Origin: a candidate division FCPU426 bacterium
GTDB taxonomy: Bacteria > Oederibacteriota > Muellerivitia > Muellerivitales > Muellerivitaceae
Length of the DNA: 64,000 nt
NCBI GenBank assembly: GCA_963796105.1
Contig: CAWCKJ010000010.1
Location: forward strand, 39,620 to 103,619
Direction: 5' to 3'
Both the position numbers and the translations under genes were made by a program. Under the pieces are notes generated by a model. That model made no database searches, was not told where the DNA came from, and saw nothing but the letters and a program-made list of their open reading frames with translations. Shown piece by piece: positions 9,299 to 18,358 of this stretch; positions within the stretch are counted from its first letter, which is position 1; the number at the start of each line of letters is the position of its first letter.

Positions 9299-10153
9299 AT
9301 GGAAAATAAATTCAAAACTTTTATCAACAAAAACTTTGGAATTGGTTTAGCCATTGTGATTGCCACTTCAATATTTTGGGGTCCTGTAAATTAAAATTTT
9401 TCTAAAAATTTAGAGGCAAACCAAAGTTCTCAAGATGAGTTTAGCAGGGGTTTTATATTTCGTTTCAAGAACGAACCTCTGGAAAAAATAAAACCTCTTT
9501 TCGCCCCTGATATTCGTAATCAATTCATCAACCTTTACCCCAAGATGACCGATATCTTGAATAAAATGGGTGAAATCCAATCCGTCCACTTGACCGAAAA
9601 CGAAGATGTCAAAGATAAGTCGGGCCGAGTTCTCGGAAAAGGCCTGAGATATTATGCGGATTTTAAAAAAGGCTCAATCATCATCCAAGTTGTAACAGCC
9701 CCTCATGGGGAAAGTTTTCAAGTCAATGGAATGTATTTCAATGGGGCTAAGTATAGATATGATGAAATATTTCCATTTCATTTCACGAACCGCAATTGGT
9801 TGCAATACGTTTTTCTTTTCTTTGCTTATGGTCTTTTTCTTTTTTGTGCGATCACATTCATTAAATGCCTGCAGAATGAGATGATCGGAGGATGGGAAAA
9901 AGCATTTTGGTTAGTAGCTATTTTATTTGGGTCCATCAATTTAAACATGTTTTGGCTACCGCCATCGCAAGGTTATTTTTCAGTGGGTGACAATACCGAC
10001 ACGGCATTAAATATCAAGTTTTTAATCTTATTCCCTTCGGGAATTGTAAAAGTTGGTCTTTATAACCCATGGAGGGTTTGGATTTCAATTCCTATTGGAT
10101 TAATGGCGTATAATTCGAAAAATATTTTCCGAAAAGAGCCGAGCAATAAATAG
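9299..10153 (+). pseudogene. hypothetical membrane protein gene interrupted by an in-frame TAA (31-aa N-terminal TM peptide + 202-aa ORF 9545-10153)
   Basis: ATG at 9299 opens a frame encoding a TM helix. TAA at 9392. The same frame then stays open for 50 sense codons in about 30% GC DNA before the annotated ATG at 9545. The 202-aa product has about 4 TM helices. No known family recognised. Confidence 0.4.
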
Positions 10154-10332
10154 AGACCCAGAATGAGCATTGGAAAAGGGGTCTGATCCCTTTATTGTGG
10201 CACCTAGTAATTTGCCAGCTCGTTAATCCTCATGCCCAGGCTGCAATAACAAATAGTTGTTTTCACGCAACCTTTTTGGGCTTGGCGCGTATTAACTTAT
10301 AGCAACAAAACAATAAAGGCGGATTCAACCAA

Positions 10333-11079
10333 ATGGAAAACATGAATTATTACCTATACGCGGCGGCGGTGATTTTGACCCTGCTTGAGATTTGTTTTCG
10401 CTGGGCCATTCCGGCGGTCCGGCGGAATCCATCCTTGGGGGCATGGGTGGAAACGGTGGATTCCCTTTGGGTGGCTCTTCTGCTGGCCCTGGCCCTCAAA
10501 GCCGTCCTACTCCAGCCTTTTGTGATACCTTCCGGCTCTATGGAAGACACCCTAAAGATTGGGGATTATATCCTGGTGAAAAAATACGAGTACGGCTACT
10601 CGATTTGGAACAGCACCAAAAGGTTCCTTGAATTCAAAAAGCCCCAAAGAGGCGATATCGTGGTTTTCGTCTTTCCCAAGGACCATACCAAAGATTTCGT
10701 CAAACGGTGCGTGGGGACACCGGGGGACATCCTGGCCTACAAGGACAAGGAGCTTTACGTGAACGGGGTGAAGCAAGTGGAGCCTTACGTACAGCATATC
10801 GATCCCCGGATCTTGAAAGCGGGGGACCCGCTCGAACCGGTTGGGGATGAGGAGTCGCCCACGGCGGATGGGCTCAGGAGCAGTCGGGATAATTTCGGGC
10901 CTGTCACGGTGGAAGCGGGCCATTATTTCATGATGGGGGATAACAGGGACAACAGCCTGGACTCCCGTTATTGGGGCCAATTGGATGAGAAACTCGTCAA
11001 AGGGAAAGCTTGGATGATCTACTGGCACTCGAAAAACTTCCATCCCGAATTCAGCCGCATGTTTAAAATAGTCCATTAA
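10333..11079 (+). CDS. lepB: signal peptidase I
   Basis: S26 motifs PSGSMEDTL (Ser nucleophile), VKRxxGxPGD and GDNRDNSxDSRYWG. Confidence 0.9.
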   Translation: MENMNYYLYAAAVILTLLEICFRWAIPAVRRNPSLGAWVETVDSLWVALLLALALKAVLLQPFVIPSGSMEDTLKIGDYILVKKYEYGYSIWNSTKRFLEFKKPQRGDIVVFVFPKDHTKDFVKRCVGTPGDILAYKDKELYVNGVKQVEPYVQHIDPRILKAGDPLEPVGDEESPTADGLRSSRDNFGPVTVEAGHYFMMGDNRDNSLDSRYWGQLDEKLVKGKAWMIYWHSKNFHPEFSRMFKIVH

Positions 11080-11118
11080 GATTCAACCGGGACCTTGCCC
11101 GGAGACCGGGTTTGACAG

Positions 11119-11697
11119 ATGGGTGAATCAAAAACCTCGAGCCAAGGGTCGTCCTTGGAAGACCAGGAAATTATCCGGAAAGTCAAAGCGGGGGACCGGG
11201 AGGCTTTTTCCGCGCTGGTTGAAAAATACCACCGTCCCCTTTTGAACTTCATTTACCACCTTCTCGGAAACCCATCCATGGTGGAGGATGTGGGGCAGGA
11301 GGTTTTCCTCAGCGCTTACCAATCCCTCGGCCGATTCGACCCCGAAAGGGGGACGCCCTTCTCGGCCTGGCTATTCACGATCGCCCGGAACAAGGTTTAC
11401 AGCGAGATCCGGAAGAAACGCCCTTTTTTGTCGTTGGAGGATTTTTTCCACCTGCCGGGGAGGGGAAATAATCCTGAGGAAAACCTTCTTGAGAAAGAGA
11501 GGGTGGAGGCCATCAGGGAGTGCCTGAATATCCTGCCTGAGAATCACCGGCGGGCGTTGATGAAACATTTAGAGGGATTCGCGCAGATTGAACAGGCCCG
11601 CAGGGACAAGATCCCGGCAGGCACGGTGAAAGCCCGGTTCTTTCGGACGAAACAAGTTCTCAGGCTGATACTGGAAAAACGATTCGGAGGTTTGTGA
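11119..11697 (+). CDS. ECF-type RNA polymerase sigma-70 factor
   Basis: Sigma-70 region 2 (FLSAYQSLGRFDP...FSAWLFTIARN) and region 4 HTH. 192 aa. Confidence 0.85.
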   Translation: MGESKTSSQGSSLEDQEIIRKVKAGDREAFSALVEKYHRPLLNFIYHLLGNPSMVEDVGQEVFLSAYQSLGRFDPERGTPFSAWLFTIARNKVYSEIRKKRPFLSLEDFFHLPGRGNNPEENLLEKERVEAIRECLNILPENHRRALMKHLEGFAQIEQARRDKIPAGTVKARFFRTKQVLRLILEKRFGGL

Positions 11698-11698
11698 C

Positions 11699-11872
11699 AT
11701 GGAAGAATTTAAGCCGTCGGAAGGTTTCGTAAGACTCGTCATGAGACGGATCGCCGAAACAGAGGAACAAGCTAAAAGGTGGGAATATAGTTTGCGCTAT
11801 AGGTTTATCCGCTTGGCCCTCGCTGGTTCCGCCTTGTTGGGATCTGTTCTCATGGCCAATCCTTGCCACTAA
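11699..11872 (+). CDS. putative small membrane-anchored anti-sigma factor (57 aa)
   Basis: Starts 1 nt after the sigma factor stop. Charged N-terminus followed by one TM helix (FIRLALAGSALLGSVLMA). Below the 60-aa ORF-track cutoff. Function inferred from position only. Confidence 0.3.
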   Translation: MEEFKPSEGFVRLVMRRIAETEEQAKRWEYSLRYRFIRLALAGSALLGSVLMANPCH

Positions 11873-11977
11873 TCACTGAGGCAAATAAATCGACTTACTT
11901 TCATTTCGGTAACCGAATTTTTTTCAAAAGACCCCCTTTCCCCCCATCCTCTTGGTTGTAATTCCAATCAAATATTT

Positions 11978-13633
11978 GTACTACCTGAATTTTGCACCGA
12001 GTTTACCGATTCCGTGGCCAGATCGGCCTGAATCGGGACCCGACAGTGGCCATTTTCATCAGAAGTGAACTTATGTGCAAAGAATTTTTTGCACCAAGCC
12101 ACTTCTAGGCCGCCCTGGGTCTTTCCAATCGTTTTCGATCAAGGTATTTGAGGAAACCCAATAGGCCCGCTGTCCTATCATCATGGATTGAATACCTCAC
12201 CACATCCCGATGGCCGTGATACTGGATTCGGGCGGCTACAAAGAGCATCTTCAAACGTGCGATCCGAAGGGTATGGTCCGGCATGGTGATCTGTTCCTTC
12301 TCCTGTGGCTTCTTTCCCGGTCGCTTTTCTTTTCCACAATGGCCCACCATTAGTTTCATCCACCTCCAGAGGTTGTAAGCCAGCATCACGATCTGGAAAA
12401 AAGCATGGTGGCTTTGGAAACTCTTAGAGGGAATTGCTAATAACCCCTCCCGTTGCGCCTCACCAATCAGGTTTTCCACATCCGCGCGCAGGTCGTATTC
12501 CTCAACCACCCGATGGGGTGCTCCCAGACAGTTGGTCGCGAAGATTCGGTAGACATATCCTTCCATTTCAGGAAGGCTCAATTGTTTCTCCCGCGCTTTT
12601 TCATCCAGCGTCCTCATCGCCACAAACCGGACTGGTTGTTGCCAGCCTATGGGTTGATGGACACATTCGTTGTATTCGTGTTCTCCATGGCGGTACCAAC
12701 CCTTTTTCGTGAAAGGCGGGTCATGCCGCTTGTTCCCGAAGATGAAAGAAAACCCTTCTTTTTCACAGGCTTTCACGCTTTCCCAGCCGATCATTTCACC
12801 GTCACCGCGCACCAGAATCGTCCGGACACAGGACGGCAAGAGTCGCCGGAATTGTCTAATTTGGCGGGCCACTTCCTCAGAACTAAGGGTGGTTCCGCGT
12901 CTTTGGGTTCCGCACAAATATTCCCGGGTTTCCTGGAGAAAACACAGAATGGGCCTCAGTCCCTTCTTGCCCCGGTGCTTGGGGTTGTATCCTTTTCGGC
13001 TTCCCTCGATATTTCCGTAGACCGTTGCGGTGGTGGTATCGATGTTGATCTCCACCTTCTTGGGGGCATATTTCACCTGTCCCCAAACCTTGGCCCGTAA
13101 CGCCCCACTCAGATTCAGCAACGATGCCGACTGCCCGATCCCCAGCGACCTCAGGTATCTCCAAAAAGTTGTCACTACCGGCAACAAGGGAACCCGCAGT
13201 AAACCGCACAGCATGACCTCACCCCGCAGGTAGGCAAAATGGCCAAGTCTTTGGAACCCGATGAAAAGAAGCATTAGGATGCCGCTTACCATCCGGTAGT
13301 GGCCCAAATTCGGAAGGCGTTTAGGTGCGGCATAGTGTTTTTTGAATTCCCGCTCAAAATCAAGAAGGTCGAACATCTTCGCCAATGCCAACAATCCGCC
13401 AAAAGCTGTTAGGCGGTCTTCGCAAATACCTACGGGAGTATTGGCCGTAATCTTGGGCGCGATTCTCCCGTTTCGATTGGCTTTTTTCTGGACTTGCGGG
13501 TTTGATTTCTGAGGCGTATCTTGACGTTTCACCATCTGGGGGACCCTCTTTTAGGATGAGTTGGCTTCGCAACCCTTATCCTATAATGGTTTCCTAGATG
13601 GTTTTTTTATTAGGCGCAAAATTCAGGTACTAG
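11978..13633 (-). mobile_element. IS1380-family-like insertion sequence (transposase CDS 12105-13535, minus strand)
   Basis: 476-aa DDE transposase with an IS1380-like N-terminus (RLTAFGGLLALAKMFDLLDF). Imperfect ~20-bp terminal inverted repeats: gtactacctgaattttgcacc at 11978-11998 and ggcgcaaaattcaggtactag at 13613-13633. Confidence 0.55.
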
Positions 13634-13671
13634 TTATAGAGTTTCAATTTAATCCCGTATAAGGAGCAGTC

Positions 13672-14745
13672 ATGAATCTTTTTTCCCCTTTCAAACTAGG
13701 CAAGCTGGAAATCCAGAATCGAATGGTCATGTCCGCCTTGACCCGGTGCAGGGCTGTCGAGGGAAATGTCCCAAACCCCCTGGCTGTGACTTATTACACC
13801 CAGCGGGCTTCCGCCGGGTTCATTCTCACCGAGGCCACCCAAGTGACTCCCATGGGGCAGGGTTATCCCAATACTCCCGGTATCCATTCCCCCGAACAGG
13901 TAAAGGGCTGGGCCAAGATCACCGACGCGGTGCATAAAGCGGGGGGGAGGATATTCCTCCAACTCTGGCACGTGGGCCGGGTTTCCCATTCGGATTTTCA
14001 CGACGGCAAACTGCCGGTCGCGCCATCGGCCCTTCCGGTGGTGGGACAGCTTTACACGCCCAAGGGGTTGAAGCAAATTGAGACGCCCAGGGCCCTGGAA
14101 CTTTCGGAGATACCCGAGCTAGTGGCGGCCTTCAAGAAGGGGGCGGAAAACGCAAAGGAGGCTTGCTTTGACGGGGTGGAGATCCATGGGGCTAACGGAT
14201 ACCTCCTGGAGCAATTCACCAAGGACGGCACCAACCATCGAACAGACGCCTACGGGGGAAGCCTGGAAAACCGACTGCGCCTGCCTTTGGAAGTGGTGGA
14301 TGCGGTCGTGAGCGTTTGGGGCCCCGACCGGGTGGGTTACAGGATCTCGCCTTATTTCGACCATTATTCCATGTCCGACTCGAATCCCGTGGCTACCTAC
14401 ACCCTATTGGCCCAGGAACTCAACAAGCGCAAGCTGGCTTTCCTGGATGTGGTGGAGGGGGTTTCTGGACCCAGGGTCCCACCGGCGGGATCCACTTTAT
14501 TGACGCCGATTGTGCGACAGCACTTTCACCAGGCCCTGATGGTCAATGGGGGCTATACCGCCCAGTTGGGAAACCAGATCATCGAAAAAGGCGGGGCGGA
14601 TCTGGTGTGTTACGGGACGCTCTTTCTCGCCAACCCCGACCTTCCCGAGCGGTTCAGGAAGAACGCTCCGCTAAATGAGGCCGATCCAACCACCTTTTAC
14701 GGGGGTGCTGAAAAGGGTTATACGGACTATCCCGCGTTAGTGTGA
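13672..14745 (+). CDS. NADH:flavin oxidoreductase, Old Yellow Enzyme family (NemA-like)
   Basis: OYE N-terminal signature (FSPFKLGKLEIQNRMVMSALTRCRA), HGANGYLLEQF and other TIM-barrel FMN-site motifs. Confidence 0.85.
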   Translation: MNLFSPFKLGKLEIQNRMVMSALTRCRAVEGNVPNPLAVTYYTQRASAGFILTEATQVTPMGQGYPNTPGIHSPEQVKGWAKITDAVHKAGGRIFLQLWHVGRVSHSDFHDGKLPVAPSALPVVGQLYTPKGLKQIETPRALELSEIPELVAAFKKGAENAKEACFDGVEIHGANGYLLEQFTKDGTNHRTDAYGGSLENRLRLPLEVVDAVVSVWGPDRVGYRISPYFDHYSMSDSNPVATYTLLAQELNKRKLAFLDVVEGVSGPRVPPAGSTLLTPIVRQHFHQALMVNGGYTAQLGNQIIEKGGADLVCYGTLFLANPDLPERFRKNAPLNEADPTTFYGGAEKGYTDYPALV

Positions 14746-14768
14746 AAAAACTGGCATTTTGGGAGGCT

Positions 14769-14828
14769 TCTACCGGCATGGGGATGTCGCCTACTGGCAT
14801 GACCGGCGTTTGTTACCGGCATGGGGAT
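14769..14828. repeat. left remnant of 43-bp-period tandem repeat array (CTACCGGCATG-based A/B half-units)
   Basis: The sequence ctaccggcatggggatgtcgcctactggcatgaccggcgtttgttaccggcatggggat is directly continuous, in register, with the array resuming at 16130 once the IS3 element is removed. Confidence 0.8.
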
Positions 14829-16129
14829 TGGTGTGCGCCCCAAACCTTGGACAGTTTTTACTCCAAGTTGAGAATAGGTTTTCCGGCGATTGGTTTGAGT
14901 GACTTTAAAGCCTCGAACTCCTCAGGCGGCATGTAGCCGATAGAAGAATGCAACCGTTTTTTGTTATACACCTCCTCGATGAAGTATGGAAGTCTTTGAA
15001 GCACTTCCTGATAAGTTTCGTAATTGAATAGATGCACCTCCTCATATTTCAAGGTTTTGAAAAAGGATTCCGCATTTGCATTGTCGTAAGGGTTGCCTGT
15101 CCTGGACATGCTGATCCTTAATCCTTTGGACTCAAGCAGGGCCACGTAATCCCAGCAGGCATATTGCACCCCTCTGTCTGAATGGTGGATGCATCCCGGA
15201 AGAGGATTCCTTTCCTCTAAAGCCATGCGTAAAGCCGAAAGCGACAACTCCCGATCCAGTCTCTTGGAAACCGCCCACCCGATCACCTTTCTGGAAAAAC
15301 GATCCAGAATGGCCGCCAGATAAACAAAGCAAGTGAGGATTCGGATATAGGTAATATCCGCCACCCACACTTGATTGACAGCAGTTTCTGCCACCCTTTC
15401 CAAGAGGTTGGGGAACACCGGCAGGTCGTGATTGGATTGGGTGGTTTGGATCTTGAACCTTTTCCCCCAAATAATAGGGTAAAGACCGTATTTCCTTACC
15501 ACCCGCCGAATCCGTTTGGCGTTAATCCTTAATCCCTCCCGTAAAAAGTGGTGGTAGAGCCTCCGATAGCCGTAGTAGGGGAAGGTCAATCTCACCTGCT
15601 CGATTCGGTTCTTTAAGTCCAAATCTCTTTGTTCCTGAATCTCCGGTTCACTTTTAAGTGCAGAATAATAGGTACTTCGAGGAAGCCCCATCATTTGGCA
15701 TCCTCTTGAAATTGAGCCAAATTCCTTGAGGTGATCACGGAGGTATCGAGCTTTCTCTGGTTTTCCGCGTATTTTTGGAATTTTTTTAAAAGGTCTATCG
15801 CCATGATCAATTCCCCAATCTTGGCTTTGAGTTTCTCATTCTCTTTTTCCAATATTTTTTCGTGAAGGGAAGGTTTTTCAACCAAGGTTCCTTGGCGATA
15901 TTTATCGCGCCAACGGGTTATAACGCTTGGATTGAGCTGGTATTGACGAGCAGCTTCATTGAGCGATAGGCCAGTTTCTACCTCGTGGACGACTTGTTCT
16001 TTGAAATCAATACTGAACTTCCGTCTTATTTTACCCATTTGGAAATGCTCCTTTGGGGGGTTACCCCTTGAGCCGTTTCCCTATTCTCTATTTTTTGCTT
16101 CAACTGTCCAACTTGTAGGGCGCGTTCCA
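14829..16129 (-). mobile_element. IS3-family insertion sequence (orfA 15691-16038, orfB/rve integrase 14858-15694, minus strand)
   Basis: OrfA is an HTH transposase. OrfB has the DDE integrase core. orfA stop and orfB start overlap as ATGA. ~45-bp imperfect terminal inverted repeats begin TGGTGTGCGCCCC (14829) and TGGAACGCGCCCT (reverse complement, ending 16129). 3-bp direct duplication GAT at 14826-14828 and 16130-16132. Confidence 0.85.
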
Positions 16130-16515
16130 GATACCGCCTACCGGCATGACCGGCGTTTGCTACCGGCATGGGGATGCCACCTACTGGCATGACCGAAGTT
16201 TACTACCGGCATGGGGATGTCGCCTACTGGCATGACCGGCGTTTGTTACCGGCATGGGGATACCGCCTACCGGCATGATCGGCGTTTGCTACCGGCATGG
16301 GGATGTCGCCTACTGGCATGACCGGCGTTTGTTACCGGGATGGGGATACCGCCTACCGGCATGATCGCGTTTGCTACCGGCATGGGGATGTCGCCTACCG
16401 GCATGAGCGGCGTTTGCTACCGGCATGGGGACGCTGCCTACCGGCATGACTGACTTTTCCTACCGGCATAGGGATAATCTCCTACCGGCATGTAGATTTC
16501 ACCTGCTGGCAGAGC
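16130..16515. repeat. tandem repeat array, 43-bp period = alternating 22-bp A (CCTACCGGCATGACCGGCGTTTG) and 21-bp B (CTACCGGCATGGGGATGTCG) units, ~9 periods, degenerating at the 3' end
   Basis: CCTAC(C/T)GGCATG start positions 16137, 16180, 16223, 16266, 16309, 16352, 16394, 16437 (spacing 43, one 42), then 22/22/21-bp half-units. Confidence 0.85.
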
Positions 16516-16537
16516 CGTCTCTTTGGAACAAGGGGTC

Positions 16538-16668
16538 GATTCCGACAGGGCCTCCGACAGGTTGACCGGCCATTCCGACAGGGGCTCAGCCTTTCCGACA
16601 GGGCTTCCGACAGGCTGACCGTCCATTCCGACAGGGTTTCCGACAGGCGAACTTCCCTATCCGACAGA
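16538..16668. repeat. second tandem array: 9 copies of TCCGACAGG with alternating 12-bp and 20-22-bp spacing (33-bp super-period)
   Basis: TCCGACAG at 16541, 16553, 16574, 16594, 16606, 16627, 16639, 16660. Immediately abuts the first array. Confidence 0.8.
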
Positions 16669-16847
16669 ATTCATGGGATCATGGGTGGATTTCATGGGGT
16701 CAACAGATTAGTTCTTGGGTATATGGGATTTGGAACCCCTGGGTCTTATTTTGCCTGCAATTGCCCTAAAAACTTCAGTATTTCATGGGTTCAAGGCCAG
16801 AATTAACGGGGATAAGCCATTTGCTTTTCTGGTAACATGCTGGCCTT

Positions 16848-17891
16848 ATGGAAATCCTACTACTCAGACTCGACCGGATCGGGGATTTTATCCTAGGGAT
16901 ACCGGCTTACCGCGCCCTCAGGGAGGCGCACCCCGATGACCGTATTTCGGTGGTGGTCCCCGCTAAAGTGGCCGAACTGGCCGAAGCCTGCCCCTATTTC
17001 GATGAGGTCTTCCTGTTTGAGGCCCATTGGTTGGAACCAGGAGCCCCGCTCCTGAATCGTTGGAAATCCGCCTTGAAACTCATCCGCTTCCTGCGCTCCA
17101 TGCCTCTAGATATGGTCATGGATTTCCGATACCAAAGCCGTCTGGATCCCCTGGTGGCCGGCCTCTCAGGCGCCAAAATGCGGATCGGCTATAACCAGGG
17201 ATGGGTCAGTTGGTTCTTGTCCAAAAAGGTTTCCCAGCCTCCCAAGGAATTCCACCAGGTGGACCGCAACTTGCACCTGCTGGACGCCATCGGCATCCAG
17301 GCGAAGGACCGGCACTTGGAAATATGGGCGGATGAAAGGGATAAGAAAACCGCCGAAAACCACATGCCTGCCCAGGAACTGCTTCCGGGAATCCCCACAA
17401 TCGCGATCCATGTGGGAGCGGCAACGCCTTCCAAGAAATGGATGGAGGAAAGCTTTTCCAACCTCATTTTTGAGCTTCATGCCAACACCCAGGCCGACAT
17501 ACTGGTCCTGGGCGGGGAGCATGACCAGCCCTCCGCCCATGAGATAGTGGACGGCTTGAAATGTCCCTGCGTGAATCTAACGGGAAAGTTGACCCTGCGC
17601 CAAATGGCCGCGCTGATTAAGGACTGCCAGGTCTTCATCGGCTGTGACTCAGGCTCCACCCATTTGGCTGCCGCCTGCGGGGTTCCGGTGGTCTGCTTGT
17701 TTTCGGCGGCCAATGAGGAAAATATCTGGAGGCCCTGGGGGCCCAAGGTGAAGGTCATGACCGCCCATCCTGATTGCTCACCCTGCCGGAGCCACGAGTG
17801 CACCCGCACCGACGGCTATTTCTGCATGAACGAGATCAAGGTGGATGAGGTGGTGGCTGAGGTGAAGGCCCTGCTGACGGGACAGGCTTAA
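16848..17891 (+). CDS. glycosyltransferase family 9 (ADP-heptose:LPS heptosyltransferase-like)
   Basis: GT9 N-terminal motif (ILLLRLDRIGDFILGIPAYRALREAHP) and C-terminal GxDSGxxHLAAA motif (GCDSGSTHLAAACG). Confidence 0.8.
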   Translation: MEILLLRLDRIGDFILGIPAYRALREAHPDDRISVVVPAKVAELAEACPYFDEVFLFEAHWLEPGAPLLNRWKSALKLIRFLRSMPLDMVMDFRYQSRLDPLVAGLSGAKMRIGYNQGWVSWFLSKKVSQPPKEFHQVDRNLHLLDAIGIQAKDRHLEIWADERDKKTAENHMPAQELLPGIPTIAIHVGAATPSKKWMEESFSNLIFELHANTQADILVLGGEHDQPSAHEIVDGLKCPCVNLTGKLTLRQMAALIKDCQVFIGCDSGSTHLAAACGVPVVCLFSAANEENIWRPWGPKVKVMTAHPDCSPCRSHECTRTDGYFCMNEIKVDEVVAEVKALLTGQA

Positions 17892-17904
17892 AAAATCAAA
17901 AAAA

Positions 17905-17995
17905 TTCATTTTCACCACAGTGGCGCTTCGCGCCGCACAGAGGCATAGAAAGACTTACACTAATTGGGGGAAAATCAAGAGGGCGAAAACCATGA
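17905..17995 (+). repeat. ~85-bp dispersed element copy A (TCACCACAGTGGCGCTTCGCGCCGCACAGAGGCA...AAAACCATGAATGRAARAGAATT)
   Basis: Near-identical copy at 18262-18350. Contains a GGCGC-TTC-GCGCC hairpin and ends in an RBS-like sequence plus ATG. Confidence 0.7.
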
Positions 17996-18072
17996 ATGGA
18001 AAAGAATTTATACTAGAACTTAACTCAAAATACCTACTGAACGGACGACAGCAGATTCCCCCCTTTGAAAAA

Positions 18073-18158
18073 TGGGGGGAGGGGGTATTAGCTTTTGTTG
18101 TGTAACACCCAGAGGCTAACTTCCCCTCTATCCCCCTCTTTCAGAGGGGGAAGGTTAT
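18073..18158 (+). repeat. REP/MITE-like element copy 1 with CCCCCTC-TTTC-AGAGGGGG hairpin
   Basis: Second copy at 21893-21973 in the same orientation, about 80% identity (GGRGGKGGGTATTAGC...AACTTCCCCT..ATCCCC.TCTTTCAGAGGGGGAA). Confidence 0.7.
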
Positions 18159-18261
18159 AAAAATCAGTAAACCGCAGGTGCTTTGTAAATAGGCATACGA
18201 CATATTGTTCGTGGTTCGCCGAATAAACAAAATTGATTTTGAGATAAGATCTATTAAAACT

Positions 18262-18350
18262 CCATCTTCACCACAGTGGCGCTTCGCGCCGCACAGAGGC
18301 ACAAAAAGACTTTCAGCATCTGGGTGAAAACCATGAATGAAAGAGAATTT
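18262..18350 (+). repeat. ~85-bp dispersed element copy B, immediately upstream of lipoprotein gene
   Basis: Aligns with 17905-17995. Confidence 0.7.
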
Positions 18351-18358
18351 TCAGCTAA

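Noticed and set aside
14742-14936. 64-aa ORF (MKKLAFWEASTGMGMSPTGMTGVCY...) and the minus-strand ORF 16438-16626
   Set aside because: Both are translations of the tandem repeat arrays (TGMGMSPTGMTG periodicity). They are open only because the repeat lacks stops.
16130-16668. Possible CRISPR array, because of the regular direct repeats
   Set aside because: Units alternate between just two or three near-identical sequence types with no unique spacers. Periods are 43 bp and 33 bp, made of 21-22-bp and 12-bp pieces. There is no leader or cas gene context. It behaves as a minisatellite, not a CRISPR.
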